DNA of 64,000 bases from Chloroflexia bacterium (GTDB taxonomy: Bacteria > Chloroflexota > Chloroflexia > QHBQ01 > JAICKM01): assembly GCA_038228295.1 (NCBI GenBank), contig JBBRPH010000002.1, forward strand, positions 39,293-103,292, read 5' to 3'. Positions 31,951-39,538 of the stretch are shown piece after piece. Below the pieces are notes generated by a model that saw only the letters and a program-made list of their open reading frames with translations, was not told where the DNA came from and made no database searches. Every line of letters starts with the position of its first letter. The first letter of the stretch is position 1. A program made the position numbers and the translations under genes.

Positions 31951-33570
31951 ATGACCACTCATCCGCACTTCGTGCTTCGTACTCCGCGCTCCGCGCTCCG
32001 CCTTCTCCAAGCCTTGCTGGTTAGCGCGTTAATTGCGGGCGGGTGGTGGTCGGTGGCGGCGACGCAGGCGGGAGTGGCGTGGCAGGCGGGGAGGGCCTTG
32101 TTGGCGGCGCGACAGTATGGCGCGGCGGCGGCAGCATTAGAGCGCACGATTAGTGATGCACCGCCGGGGGATGGACCGGGCTACTCGGCAGCATGGGCAC
32201 ACCTGAGCCTGAGCGAGGCTTACTTGGCGCGCCGCGACACAACGCGAGCGGTAGCGGTGCTGCCCGAAGCGGGCGACAATCCGGCGCTGGCACGGGCCGT
32301 CGCGTTGCAACGCGGGCTGGTGGCGTTAGCGGCGGGTGACACGGCAACGGCCCGCCACGCACTAGACCGGGCCGTGGTCGTGCCGCTGACAGCGGGCGCG
32401 GATGCGGCGGTGCAACGGGCGGCGCTCTGGCACCGGGGCGAGGCGCGCTGGCGGGCCGGCGATCCGCAAGCACTCGGCGATTTCAGATCGCTGACTCAGG
32501 GTACGCCTCCCGCTGATTCCTACACGGTCGCGGCGTGGCTGCGGCAGGCGGCAGCGCTGGCGCGTGATGATCCGGCGCGGGCGGTGTACGCAGTGGCGGC
32601 GGCACGTGCTGCCTTGCTGCTGCGTACACCGCCGGGCCGCCCCGATCTGCACCTCGCCGATCTCCACTTGGACGAAGGCTTGCCGTCCGCTGTGATCAGC
32701 GATACCCTGCCCCGGTTGGAAGCCGCTTTGCGGGGCGTGGCGGCGGTACAAGGAGCGGGATCGGCGGCGCTCGATGTCTATTGGGGTCGCACCCTGGTCA
32801 GCTTGGAGTCGTGGCCGCAGGCGGCGGCGTTGCTGCGCCGAGCGCTGGCCGGCGACTCGACCCTGGCTGATGCGCACGCCTATTTAGGCCTCTGTCTGGA
32901 GCGTAGCGGCGATCCGGTGGGCGCCGAAGCCGAGTACCGTACTGCGGTGCGCCTGGCTCCGGCGCGTGATCTGAGCCGTCATCTGCTGGCGCGCTTCCTC
33001 ACCGCGCAGCGCCGTTTCGCCGAGGCCCGTCTGCTGCTGGACGCGGTGCTAGCCGCCGATGCGATGAATCCGGTCGTCCACCTGGACCTCGCGCTGTGGG
33101 GACAGGCGAGCGGCGACTATGCGCTGGCCGAACGTGAGTACACGGCCGCCGAGCAGACGCAGATCGGGCGGGAGCAGGCGGGCACGGCGGGGGTAGAGGA
33201 GCAGGCACTAAACACGTCGCTGCTGTTGGCGCAGTTCTATTTCGTGGCCGGCACCGTCGGCCATACTTGTCCGCCGGCGGTGGCCCCCGCCCAGCGCGCC
33301 GTCGCCCGACGGTCCGGTGCGGCGGAGTACGATACGCTGGGCTGGGCGCAATACCTGTGCGGTGATGCCCATAGCGCGGCGACGGCGCTGGCCCAGGCTG
33401 TGGCCCACGACCCGCTGCTGCCCGCCGCGCAGTACCACCTGGGCGTGCTCCTGGACGCACAGGGCGACCCCGCCGCCCGCGCCCACCTAACTGCCGCCCG
33501 CGACTTTGACCCCGGTGGCGTATGGGATCGCCGCGCGCTCGCGGTTTTGGCCTCGGCGCAGCAGCCGTAG
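31951..33570 (+). CDS. Membrane-anchored TPR-repeat protein
   Basis: N-terminal TM ('LLQALLVSALIAGGWWSVAA'), then Ala/Leu/Arg-rich helical repeats with TPR-like 'A...Y..A...P....A...LG' periodicity. Confidence 0.65.
   Translation: MTTHPHFVLRTPRSALRLLQALLVSALIAGGWWSVAATQAGVAWQAGRALLAARQYGAAAAALERTISDAPPGDGPGYSAAWAHLSLSEAYLARRDTTRAVAVLPEAGDNPALARAVALQRGLVALAAGDTATARHALDRAVVVPLTAGADAAVQRAALWHRGEARWRAGDPQALGDFRSLTQGTPPADSYTVAAWLRQAAALARDDPARAVYAVAAARAALLLRTPPGRPDLHLADLHLDEGLPSAVISDTLPRLEAALRGVAAVQGAGSAALDVYWGRTLVSLESWPQAAALLRRALAGDSTLADAHAYLGLCLERSGDPVGAEAEYRTAVRLAPARDLSRHLLARFLTAQRRFAEARLLLDAVLAADAMNPVVHLDLALWGQASGDYALAEREYTAAEQTQIGREQAGTAGVEEQALNTSLLLAQFYFVAGTVGHTCPPAVAPAQRAVARRSGAAEYDTLGWAQYLCGDAHSAATALAQAVAHDPLLPAAQYHLGVLLDAQGDPAARAHLTAARDFDPGGVWDRRALAVLASAQQP
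31966..32007. repeat. Degenerate heptamer array encoding the N-terminus of the TPR protein
   Basis: CACTTCG TGCTTCG TACTCCG CGCTCCG CGCTCCG CCTTCTC, translated as 'HFVLRTPRSALRLL'. Confidence 0.75.
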
Positions 33571-33584
33571 CACTCGCGCAGAAT

Positions 33585-33608
33585 CTCCGTGTCTCCGTGC
33601 CTCCGTGG
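33585..33608. repeat. Octamer array CTCCGTGT CTCCGTGC CTCCGTGG between convergent genes
   Basis: Read directly. Lies between stop 33570 (+) and stop 33632 (-). Confidence 0.85.
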
Positions 33609-33631
33609 TGTCGCCCCTAGCCGGCGGCAGG

Positions 33632-35563
33632 CTACGGCAGCGGCGACCAGACATCGCGCACGCCGGCGGCAAGAGTGAGTGCTGGGCCGGAGCCGAGCGG
33701 CCGGCCGATCAGCAGGCCGTCGGGGCGGATATAGGCCAGCAGAGTGCCACTGGGAGCCAGGGTGACGGTCGGCTGATCAGGTGCGCCGGGGGGATAGAAT
33801 GCGTCGAACAACGGTTGCATTGAGCCGTCTGCGCCCGCTCCTAAGGGCAGGCGGCTGAGGGTGTAGCGGGCGCGGGCGCGTTGCGAATGCGGCGGACTGA
33901 CCAGGGTGAGCAGCGCGTCGTCATGCAGCGTGACTTGGCTGAGGATGAGACTGCCCGCCGGCGCCGCCACCGGCACAACGCGCCCCGTGGTCTGCGCCGA
34001 CCCACCTAGTGGGCGCAACAGCACACGCGCCCCGTTCGCCGTGCCTTCCATCACCAGCAGGTAGCCGCCGCCGGGCGAGAAGAACGGGCCGACCTGCGCG
34101 GCCGATGGGGCCGCTCCCGGCCAGAACGAAGTTTGTACCCCGGTAGCTGCTTCATAAATGGAGACCTCGCGCCCGCTGTGGTCGCCGTGATTGACGACGA
34201 TGGTGGCGGCCCGACCGGGCGCGAACGCGCCTACGCTGCTGCCGCCGGTGGGTGCGTCGTCGGGCAGTACGAGGTGGTCCAGCATCCGTTCGCGCTCCAG
34301 CGGCATTCCGCCGGGGCCGTGCGGTAGCGTGCGGTCGTCGGGATCGATCCAGCGCAACAGGAGGCGGCTAGTAACAGCATCGGTGCGATCCGGCGGCCAC
34401 CAAATACCATAGCCCTCGCCGCTCTGCCCGAAGACGGTCATGGCGCCGCGTTGTTCCCGCGTGTATAGTACCCAACGGCCGTCGGGGCTGAGATCGGCGC
34501 TACGGATCGTGCCCGGCCCATCGGACAGAATACGTGGCGCGCGGCCGTCGGCTGCGGTCAGCAGCAGGCGGCTGTGTGGCCCATCGGCAGCGCTATAGAC
34601 CGCTTGCAGCAACAACTGTCCATGTGCCGCGTCGGCGGTTAGCAGGCTCACTCCTGCTGCTAAGGCAACTACAGTAGTATGCCCACTCGCGCTGCTATAA
34701 TTGCTGAGGGTGGGCGCGCTTTCCCGCATCCACCAGAAGCCGCCGGGATAGAACACCCCCCAACCGACCGGCGGCAGTGTGGCCGGCAGCGGCTGCACAG
34801 CCTGGATCGTTGTGGTGCGCGGATCCAGTTGGGCTAAGTAGAGCAAGCGCGTGCCGTCCGGCGCCGTGCCGTCATACACCACCTGATCGCCGGCAGGCGC
34901 AAAGGCCGCTATCACACTCGCAGCATCGCTGTGCGGCAAGCGGGGGGCTGGCGCTCCGACCTCGCCTTGCAGGTGTAGCCCCGCCTCCGGCCCGACTGTG
35001 CGATAGATCAGACCGCTAGCGGCACGGGCGGCAACGGCGGCGCGCGCTTGCGTGAGGCGCACCGGTAAATTGCTGTAGTCCGGTGCGACTAGCGCGGTGT
35101 CTTGCCAGAACTCTAAGGCGCCGGCCCAATCACCACGATCTGCGGCTGCCTGCCCCGCTGCATAAAACTGATTACGCAGCCCAATCTCATTTTGCGCCGT
35201 TTGCGCGCCGGCGGCGGCGTCACTGTAGTCGCCCGCTTGCCGATACGCTGCCAGCGCCGCTTCCCATTGGTGCTCGCCGGCGGCCCGTTGACCTGCTCGG
35301 TAGTGGGTGGCTTGCCAGCCGTGCAGACTTTGCAGCGCGACTGCTAGCGCGATGATCGCGAGTACCACGCCGACGCCGGCCCAGCGCCCCCAAGCAGGCC
35401 ACGCCTGCCGTAATCGGCGTATTGCTTCCAGCCGGCCGGTTGCCTGGGCACCTACGATCACGCGCCGCCGCGCCGGCGGTGAATCGCCGACCAGCGTCTC
35501 GCCGCAGTCTACGCAGAAGACGGCATAGGATTGATTGCGGCTGCGGCAGTAAGGACAAGTCAT
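33632..35563 (-). CDS. Zinc-ribbon / TM / TPR-like / TolB-like beta-propeller membrane protein (paralogue A)
   Basis: N-terminal 'MTCPYCRSRNQSYAVFCVDCGETL' (double CxxC zinc ribbon). TM 'WAGVGVVLAIIALAVALQSL'. Helical repeat region. C-terminal half has 'SPDGRWVLYTRE'-type PD40/TolB-like blades. Confidence 0.7.
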   Translation of the reverse strand: MTCPYCRSRNQSYAVFCVDCGETLVGDSPPARRRVIVGAQATGRLEAIRRLRQAWPAWGRWAGVGVVLAIIALAVALQSLHGWQATHYRAGQRAAGEHQWEAALAAYRQAGDYSDAAAGAQTAQNEIGLRNQFYAAGQAAADRGDWAGALEFWQDTALVAPDYSNLPVRLTQARAAVAARAASGLIYRTVGPEAGLHLQGEVGAPAPRLPHSDAASVIAAFAPAGDQVVYDGTAPDGTRLLYLAQLDPRTTTIQAVQPLPATLPPVGWGVFYPGGFWWMRESAPTLSNYSSASGHTTVVALAAGVSLLTADAAHGQLLLQAVYSAADGPHSRLLLTAADGRAPRILSDGPGTIRSADLSPDGRWVLYTREQRGAMTVFGQSGEGYGIWWPPDRTDAVTSRLLLRWIDPDDRTLPHGPGGMPLERERMLDHLVLPDDAPTGGSSVGAFAPGRAATIVVNHGDHSGREVSIYEAATGVQTSFWPGAAPSAAQVGPFFSPGGGYLLVMEGTANGARVLLRPLGGSAQTTGRVVPVAAPAGSLILSQVTLHDDALLTLVSPPHSQRARARYTLSRLPLGAGADGSMQPLFDAFYPPGAPDQPTVTLAPSGTLLAYIRPDGLLIGRPLGSGPALTLAAGVRDVWSPLP

Positions 35564-35601
35564 AGGCGCAGTGTTGAGCGTTGCGTTCCTGTGATCTCTA
35601 G

Positions 35602-37494
35602 CTAGTGTGTTAGCGCTACTTCACTGACGGGAGTGGGCAGGGCAAAGAGCGGTTGGGGCGCGGCCTGCCCGGTCCAGAAGGCGGTCGCGTCTTTGGCAAT
35701 GGGCAGATTATCGCTGCCGGAGAGGTGGACGGTGTACAGGCCCACCTCTGCTCCTCCATCGATCAATAGTAGTCGGCCCCCGTCGCGGCTGTAGCGTGGG
35801 CCGCTGCCGGGATGGGCGGCCGGGATAGCAAAAGGTAGATTTTCAGTATGGCGGATCAGCGGGTTTCCTTCTGCATCAGTGCCCAGGCTGACAGCACGCA
35901 GCAAGCGGCCGCCGTCGGGGGAACCGAAATCGTTCTGACTGATCAGTGTCTGCTGCCCATCGGCAGTAAAGTCGGCCCATGTGCCGGCGCGTAGATTGCC
36001 GGCGACGGGCAGCAGGCTACCGGTGGGGCCGAGCAATGATAGATTCGTTCGTGAGAGTGTGCCGGCCGGTTCTTGCACGGCCAGCCAGCCGGTGCCCGGT
36101 ACGGCCCAAAGCTGGGGACGAGCGGGGCTAGCCCCGCTCGTCCCGCTCCGTGTTAATAGGGTGGTTGGCATACCGGCTTCCCAGCGGCGCAGTGTCCAGC
36201 CTGCTTCGCTGGGGCTGAAAGTCAGCACGGCATGGCTGCCGGGTAGAAATGTGGCTTGCACCGCATCCGAGTCACGCGCGATACGTGGCACCTGCACCGT
36301 TAGCAAGGTTGTGCGTTGCGCGCCGGCCGGGGCGGCCAAGTTATGTAGCACCACCGTGATCGGTATCGTGTTGCCGTTGGGTAGCCCCTCTACCACATAG
36401 AGCAGGTCGCGCCCGTCGTCGCTGAAAACGGGCGCCAGCACCGTTCCCGGCTCATCGGCCAGTTGGCTGCGCTCGCTGCCGTCGGACGCACTGATCAGGA
36501 TGCGGCTATGCGCTGTGTCCAGCGAAGGTAGCAGGAAGCGGTTAAAGAGGAGTCGCTTGCCGGCGGGATCATACGCGGCGGGCAGTTCGGTTAGTTGGCG
36601 GCTGCTGTGGCTAGGGATATCGTAGTAAAACGCGGCCGTGTCGTAACTCCACCAAAAGCCTTGTCCATCGTTGCGAAATTGTACGTGCAGAGGGCCGGTT
36701 AAGTCGCGGAAGCGTTGCGCCAGCGAAGTTAATTGGCCGGTCTGGCGGTCGAACAGAAACGGACCGTCGTGATCGCGCCCGGCGGTAGCGCGAGGGCCGA
36801 AGCTATAGACTAATCGCCGCCCGTCGGGCGACAGCGCTGCGGGTTCCGACTCGCTGCCCGACAGCAGCCGCTGGGGGTTGCTGCCGTCGGCTTCAGCCGC
36901 CCAGAGGCTGAGGATGCCGTCCGGCCCCGGCGCGCGGTAGAAGATCGGGCCGGACTGCGCCTGGGCGTTGTGCAGCCGGGTGATTACATCCATGTAGGTT
37001 GGCTGGATGTCGCCGGCCTGGCGTAGGGCATAGGCGGCGTCCCACCAGGCTCCGAGATTGCCGAGTCGGACCCCATCCCGATAATGCGCTTCTAATGCCT
37101 GAACTTGCGGATTGAGGGCGCGGACATGCATGGGGGCATCGCGGTAGTTACCGGCGCGGGCAAAGGCGGCGCGCGCCCCGGCCAGGTCATGCGCGGCCTC
37201 GGCGGTCTGCCCGGCACGGTAGGCGCGCGCCTGTTCGGCCTGACCGGCTCCTTGCCAACCGGTTACCGTCGCCCAGAAGATGACCGCAACGACCAGTGCT
37301 ACGCCCAACGGCCGTTCCCAGCCCCCGTTCCAGCGCCTGCGGGCGCGGGCGGCTGCGACCGGCGCACGAGCGCCGGCGACCGGCACACTGATTGCGCCGG
37401 CGGGCGGGGCGGCTATCGCGTCCAGCGGTTCGCCACATTCGCTGCAAAAGGTCATCGCCGCGCGGTTGGCCGCGCCACAGGATGGACAACGCAT
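35602..37494 (-). CDS. Zinc-ribbon / TM / TPR-like / TolB-like beta-propeller membrane protein (paralogue B)
   Basis: 'MRCPSCGAANRAAMTFCSECGEPL'. TM 'LGVALVVAVIFWATVTGW'. 'SPDGRRLVYSF' and 'SDDGRDLLYVV' blades. Same architecture as 33632-35563. Confidence 0.7.
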   Translation of the reverse strand: MRCPSCGAANRAAMTFCSECGEPLDAIAAPPAGAISVPVAGARAPVAAARARRRWNGGWERPLGVALVVAVIFWATVTGWQGAGQAEQARAYRAGQTAEAAHDLAGARAAFARAGNYRDAPMHVRALNPQVQALEAHYRDGVRLGNLGAWWDAAYALRQAGDIQPTYMDVITRLHNAQAQSGPIFYRAPGPDGILSLWAAEADGSNPQRLLSGSESEPAALSPDGRRLVYSFGPRATAGRDHDGPFLFDRQTGQLTSLAQRFRDLTGPLHVQFRNDGQGFWWSYDTAAFYYDIPSHSSRQLTELPAAYDPAGKRLLFNRFLLPSLDTAHSRILISASDGSERSQLADEPGTVLAPVFSDDGRDLLYVVEGLPNGNTIPITVVLHNLAAPAGAQRTTLLTVQVPRIARDSDAVQATFLPGSHAVLTFSPSEAGWTLRRWEAGMPTTLLTRSGTSGASPARPQLWAVPGTGWLAVQEPAGTLSRTNLSLLGPTGSLLPVAGNLRAGTWADFTADGQQTLISQNDFGSPDGGRLLRAVSLGTDAEGNPLIRHTENLPFAIPAAHPGSGPRYSRDGGRLLLIDGGAEVGLYTVHLSGSDNLPIAKDATAFWTGQAAPQPLFALPTPVSEVALTH

Positions 37495-37508
37495 GGGCTG
37501 ATCTCCTT

Positions 37509-37522
37509 GCTCTATTATACCA
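37509..37522 (-). promoter_or_regulatory. Extended -10 promoter core TGGTATAATAGAGC
   Basis: Minus strand reads TGG-TATAAT-AGAGC, followed by AAGGAG RBS and ATG 37494. An identical 14-mer occurs at 49967-49980 (+), and 12 of 14 positions match at 41440-41453 (-). Confidence 0.4.
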
Positions 37523-37525
37523 CTC

Positions 37526-37560
37526 GTAATGAGTAATGCGTAATGAGTAATGCGTTCGAT
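37526..37560. repeat. Heptamer array GTAATGA GTAATGC GTAATGA GTAATGC GTTCGAT
   Basis: Read directly (a 14-mer x2 plus a degenerate unit). Occupies the -35 region of the promoter core at 37509-37522. Confidence 0.85.
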
Positions 37561-37742
37561 GGGTGGTAGGAGTGTTCCGAGTTACTATGAATACCGACAT
37601 CAGGCGGGCCGAGTTCAAAGGTCGGCGGGTGCCGACCTGCTGATTGAAATCTCGGCACAGAATGCGGCATAATAGCGCGACAACACGCCGCGCTCTAAAC
37701 TGTTCGTTTCGTATTGTAGCCGGTATAGAGGAAGCCGCGTCA

Positions 37743-38696
37743 GTGGGCGACATCGTAGCCATTCAACCGACCGGCAGTAGACCGGTAGACGCGGCCCTGA
37801 GGCGGATCATTGCGGCGTTCGAGGTGCAGTTTCCGGGTCGCGTGCGCGGCTATTATGTGGAGGGCAGTTATGCCGATGCCACCGGTGTGCCGACCAGCGA
37901 TCTGGACCTGTTGATCCTATTTGCGGACGGCTTTGTGCCGGACGAAGCGGCACAAGCGAGGGCCGTACTGACGGAGCAGGCGCTGGTGTGCGCGTTGGAG
38001 TTGGACGGGACAGTCCTGGCCGAAGCGGATATGGTGGTGGGGGTAGACCCGGCGTTCAAATATGCGGCGCGGCTGGTCTACGGCACCGACAGCCGCGCCG
38101 ATCTGCCGCTGCTGCCTTTGGCGGCCTGGACCCGTGATCGGATGCACAGCTCGTATGGTCGGCTTGTGTGGCTGACTGGGCGACCCCCGCTGGTGCGCCC
38201 GCCGCTCGACTACCCCGACCCGGCGGACGAGTTTTATGGTTATGTCCGGCGCCCGTTACGCCTCGCCGATGGGCGCCTAGTGCCGGGTACGCGCGACCTG
38301 ATTCGCCTGGTGGGCTGGGCCGCGACTGCCCGGCTGGCCTGGGAGACCGGCACTTACGTGGCGCGCAAGGGTGATTGTGCCCGCCTGTACCGGGCGCAGA
38401 TCGGCGATGAGTGGGCGGATCTGCTGGATGCACTGTACGACCAATGCCGGGGCCGCTGGGCTTACCGGGTGCCCAACACCGCGGCGGAAAGGACGCAGTT
38501 GCGGGCCGTTTGTGCGCGCACACTGGCGTTCGAGAACCATTTTCTGGCTGTCTACCGCCGCTTCGTGGCGGCGGAACTCGCCGGGGCAGGACCCGCGCAG
38601 GCGGCGGCCTTGCGGATCTTGACCGCCATTCCCTGTGATGATCCGGCGATCCAGGCGGCGGTGGCCGCTGCTATAGGGCGAGATGCCGGTGTATAG
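37743..38696 (+). CDS. Nucleotidyltransferase-domain protein (ANT/AadA-like Pol-beta superfamily)
   Basis: 'YYVEGSYADATGVPTSDLDLLILF' is the G-S-x(n)-D-x-D NTase motif, followed by a helical C-terminal domain. GTG 37743 lies 8 nt after AGAGGAAG (the ORF track starts at 37644). Confidence 0.6.
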   Translation: MGDIVAIQPTGSRPVDAALRRIIAAFEVQFPGRVRGYYVEGSYADATGVPTSDLDLLILFADGFVPDEAAQARAVLTEQALVCALELDGTVLAEADMVVGVDPAFKYAARLVYGTDSRADLPLLPLAAWTRDRMHSSYGRLVWLTGRPPLVRPPLDYPDPADEFYGYVRRPLRLADGRLVPGTRDLIRLVGWAATARLAWETGTYVARKGDCARLYRAQIGDEWADLLDALYDQCRGRWAYRVPNTAAERTQLRAVCARTLAFENHFLAVYRRFVAAELAGAGPAQAAALRILTAIPCDDPAIQAAVAAAIGRDAGV

Positions 38697-38717
38697 AGCC
38701 GTACTCAGGAGGAACCG

Positions 38718-39242
38718 ATGCGTGTTATCTTGCTGGCCGCCGTGTCACTCGACGGCAAACTGGCCCGCGATGCCGCTCACCTGTCGGACTGGAGTTCGCC
38801 CGAAGATAAACGGCTGTTCCGCGCCGAGACGCGGCGGGCGGGCGTGCTGATTTTGGGCCACAATACCTACAAGACGTTGGCGCGCCCGCTGCCGGGCCGC
38901 CTCCATATCGTGCTGACGCGCACGCCGCCGGCTCAGGCCGGCATTCCGGGCGTAGTCGAGTTCACTGCCGCGCCGCCCGCCGCCCTGCTGGCCGATCTAG
39001 CCAAGCGCGGCTACACCAGCGCCGCGCTAATCGGCGGCGCGCAAATCAACGCGCTGTTCCTGGCCGCCGATCTGGTAGATGAGCTTTGGCTGACGGTGGA
39101 GCCGCTGATCTTCGGCGAAGGCATCCCGCTATTCACCGGCCGATCTTTCGACCGTCGCGCCCGCTTACTGGCCCTCACTCCTCTGAATGCCGATACGTTT
39201 CTGGCGCGCTATAGCTTGCGTGCGCCAGGCGGCGCATCTTAG
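38718..39242 (+). CDS. Dihydrofolate-reductase-family (RibD C-terminal domain) protein
   Basis: 'MRVILLAAVSLDGKLA...WSSPEDKRLF...AGVLILGHNTYKTL...GGAQINALFLAADLVDELWLTVEPLIFGEG'. Confidence 0.8.
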   Translation: MRVILLAAVSLDGKLARDAAHLSDWSSPEDKRLFRAETRRAGVLILGHNTYKTLARPLPGRLHIVLTRTPPAQAGIPGVVEFTAAPPAALLADLAKRGYTSAALIGGAQINALFLAADLVDELWLTVEPLIFGEGIPLFTGRSFDRRARLLALTPLNADTFLARYSLRAPGGAS

Positions 39243-39274
39243 CGCTACAGCGGTAGTCCGCCGGGCAAGGAAAA

Positions 39275-39303
39275 GCCCCAGTGGTTGGGCGAACCACCGG
39301 GGC
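39275..39303 (-). terminator. Rho-independent terminator (copy 1)
   Basis: 12-bp stem (one A.C mismatch), loop GGGCG. On the minus strand it is followed by CTTTTCC. Confidence 0.6.
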
Positions 39304-39420
39304 GATCCAAAGGAGGAAAGGTTCTTCTAATTAGTGTAACGCTTGAGCGTGCCCCGCGCTTCCATCACCATAAACGAGTTTTGCCGCGATTTTGCCGGCG
39401 GTATAAGCGGCAAAGGAAAA

Positions 39421-39449
39421 GCCCCAGCGGTTGGGCAGACCGCCGGGGC
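39421..39449 (-). terminator. Rho-independent terminator (copy 2), first terminator after pepF
   Basis: Same hairpin with a compensatory pair change (T:A to C:G), followed on the minus strand by CTTTTCCTTT. Lies ~90 nt after the pepF stop. Confidence 0.6.
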
Positions 39450-39538
39450 AATCCAAAGGAGGAAAGGTTCTTCTAATTAGTGTAACGCTTGAGCGTGCCC
39501 TGCGCTTCCATTCCTCTCCACGAATTTGGTGATCAATT

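Larger units (their letters stand above)
39266..39511 (-). repeat. Two direct copies (39266-39365, 39411-39511) of a ~100-nt module: candidate sRNA / duplicated 3'UTR-terminator unit
   Basis: 6 substitutions + 1 indel between copies. A 50-nt core (39305-39354 and its counterpart) is identical and contains CCTTTCCTCCTTTGG on the minus strand. Each copy ends (minus strand) in a terminator hairpin. Confidence 0.85.

Noticed and set aside
37743-39242. Adjacent ANT-like nucleotidyltransferase and DHFR-family genes resembling an aadA-dfr resistance cassette pair or integron.
   Set aside because: No integrase, attI/attC-like sites or compositional break. The second gene is RibD-C-type rather than a trimethoprim-resistant Dfr. 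Both look like native high-GC genes.
39285-39476. Tracked 63-aa ORF spanning the duplicated module, and a 12-aa micro-ORF (MEA(R/Q)GTLKRYTN) on the minus strand of each copy (e.g. 39327-39365).
   Set aside because: The 63-aa ORF is simply the repeat read through twice (its two halves repeat), with basic, non-protein-like composition. The micro-ORF has its only SD-like sequence 0-2 nt from the ATG, and one copy carries a non-synonymous change. An RNA-level explanation fits better.
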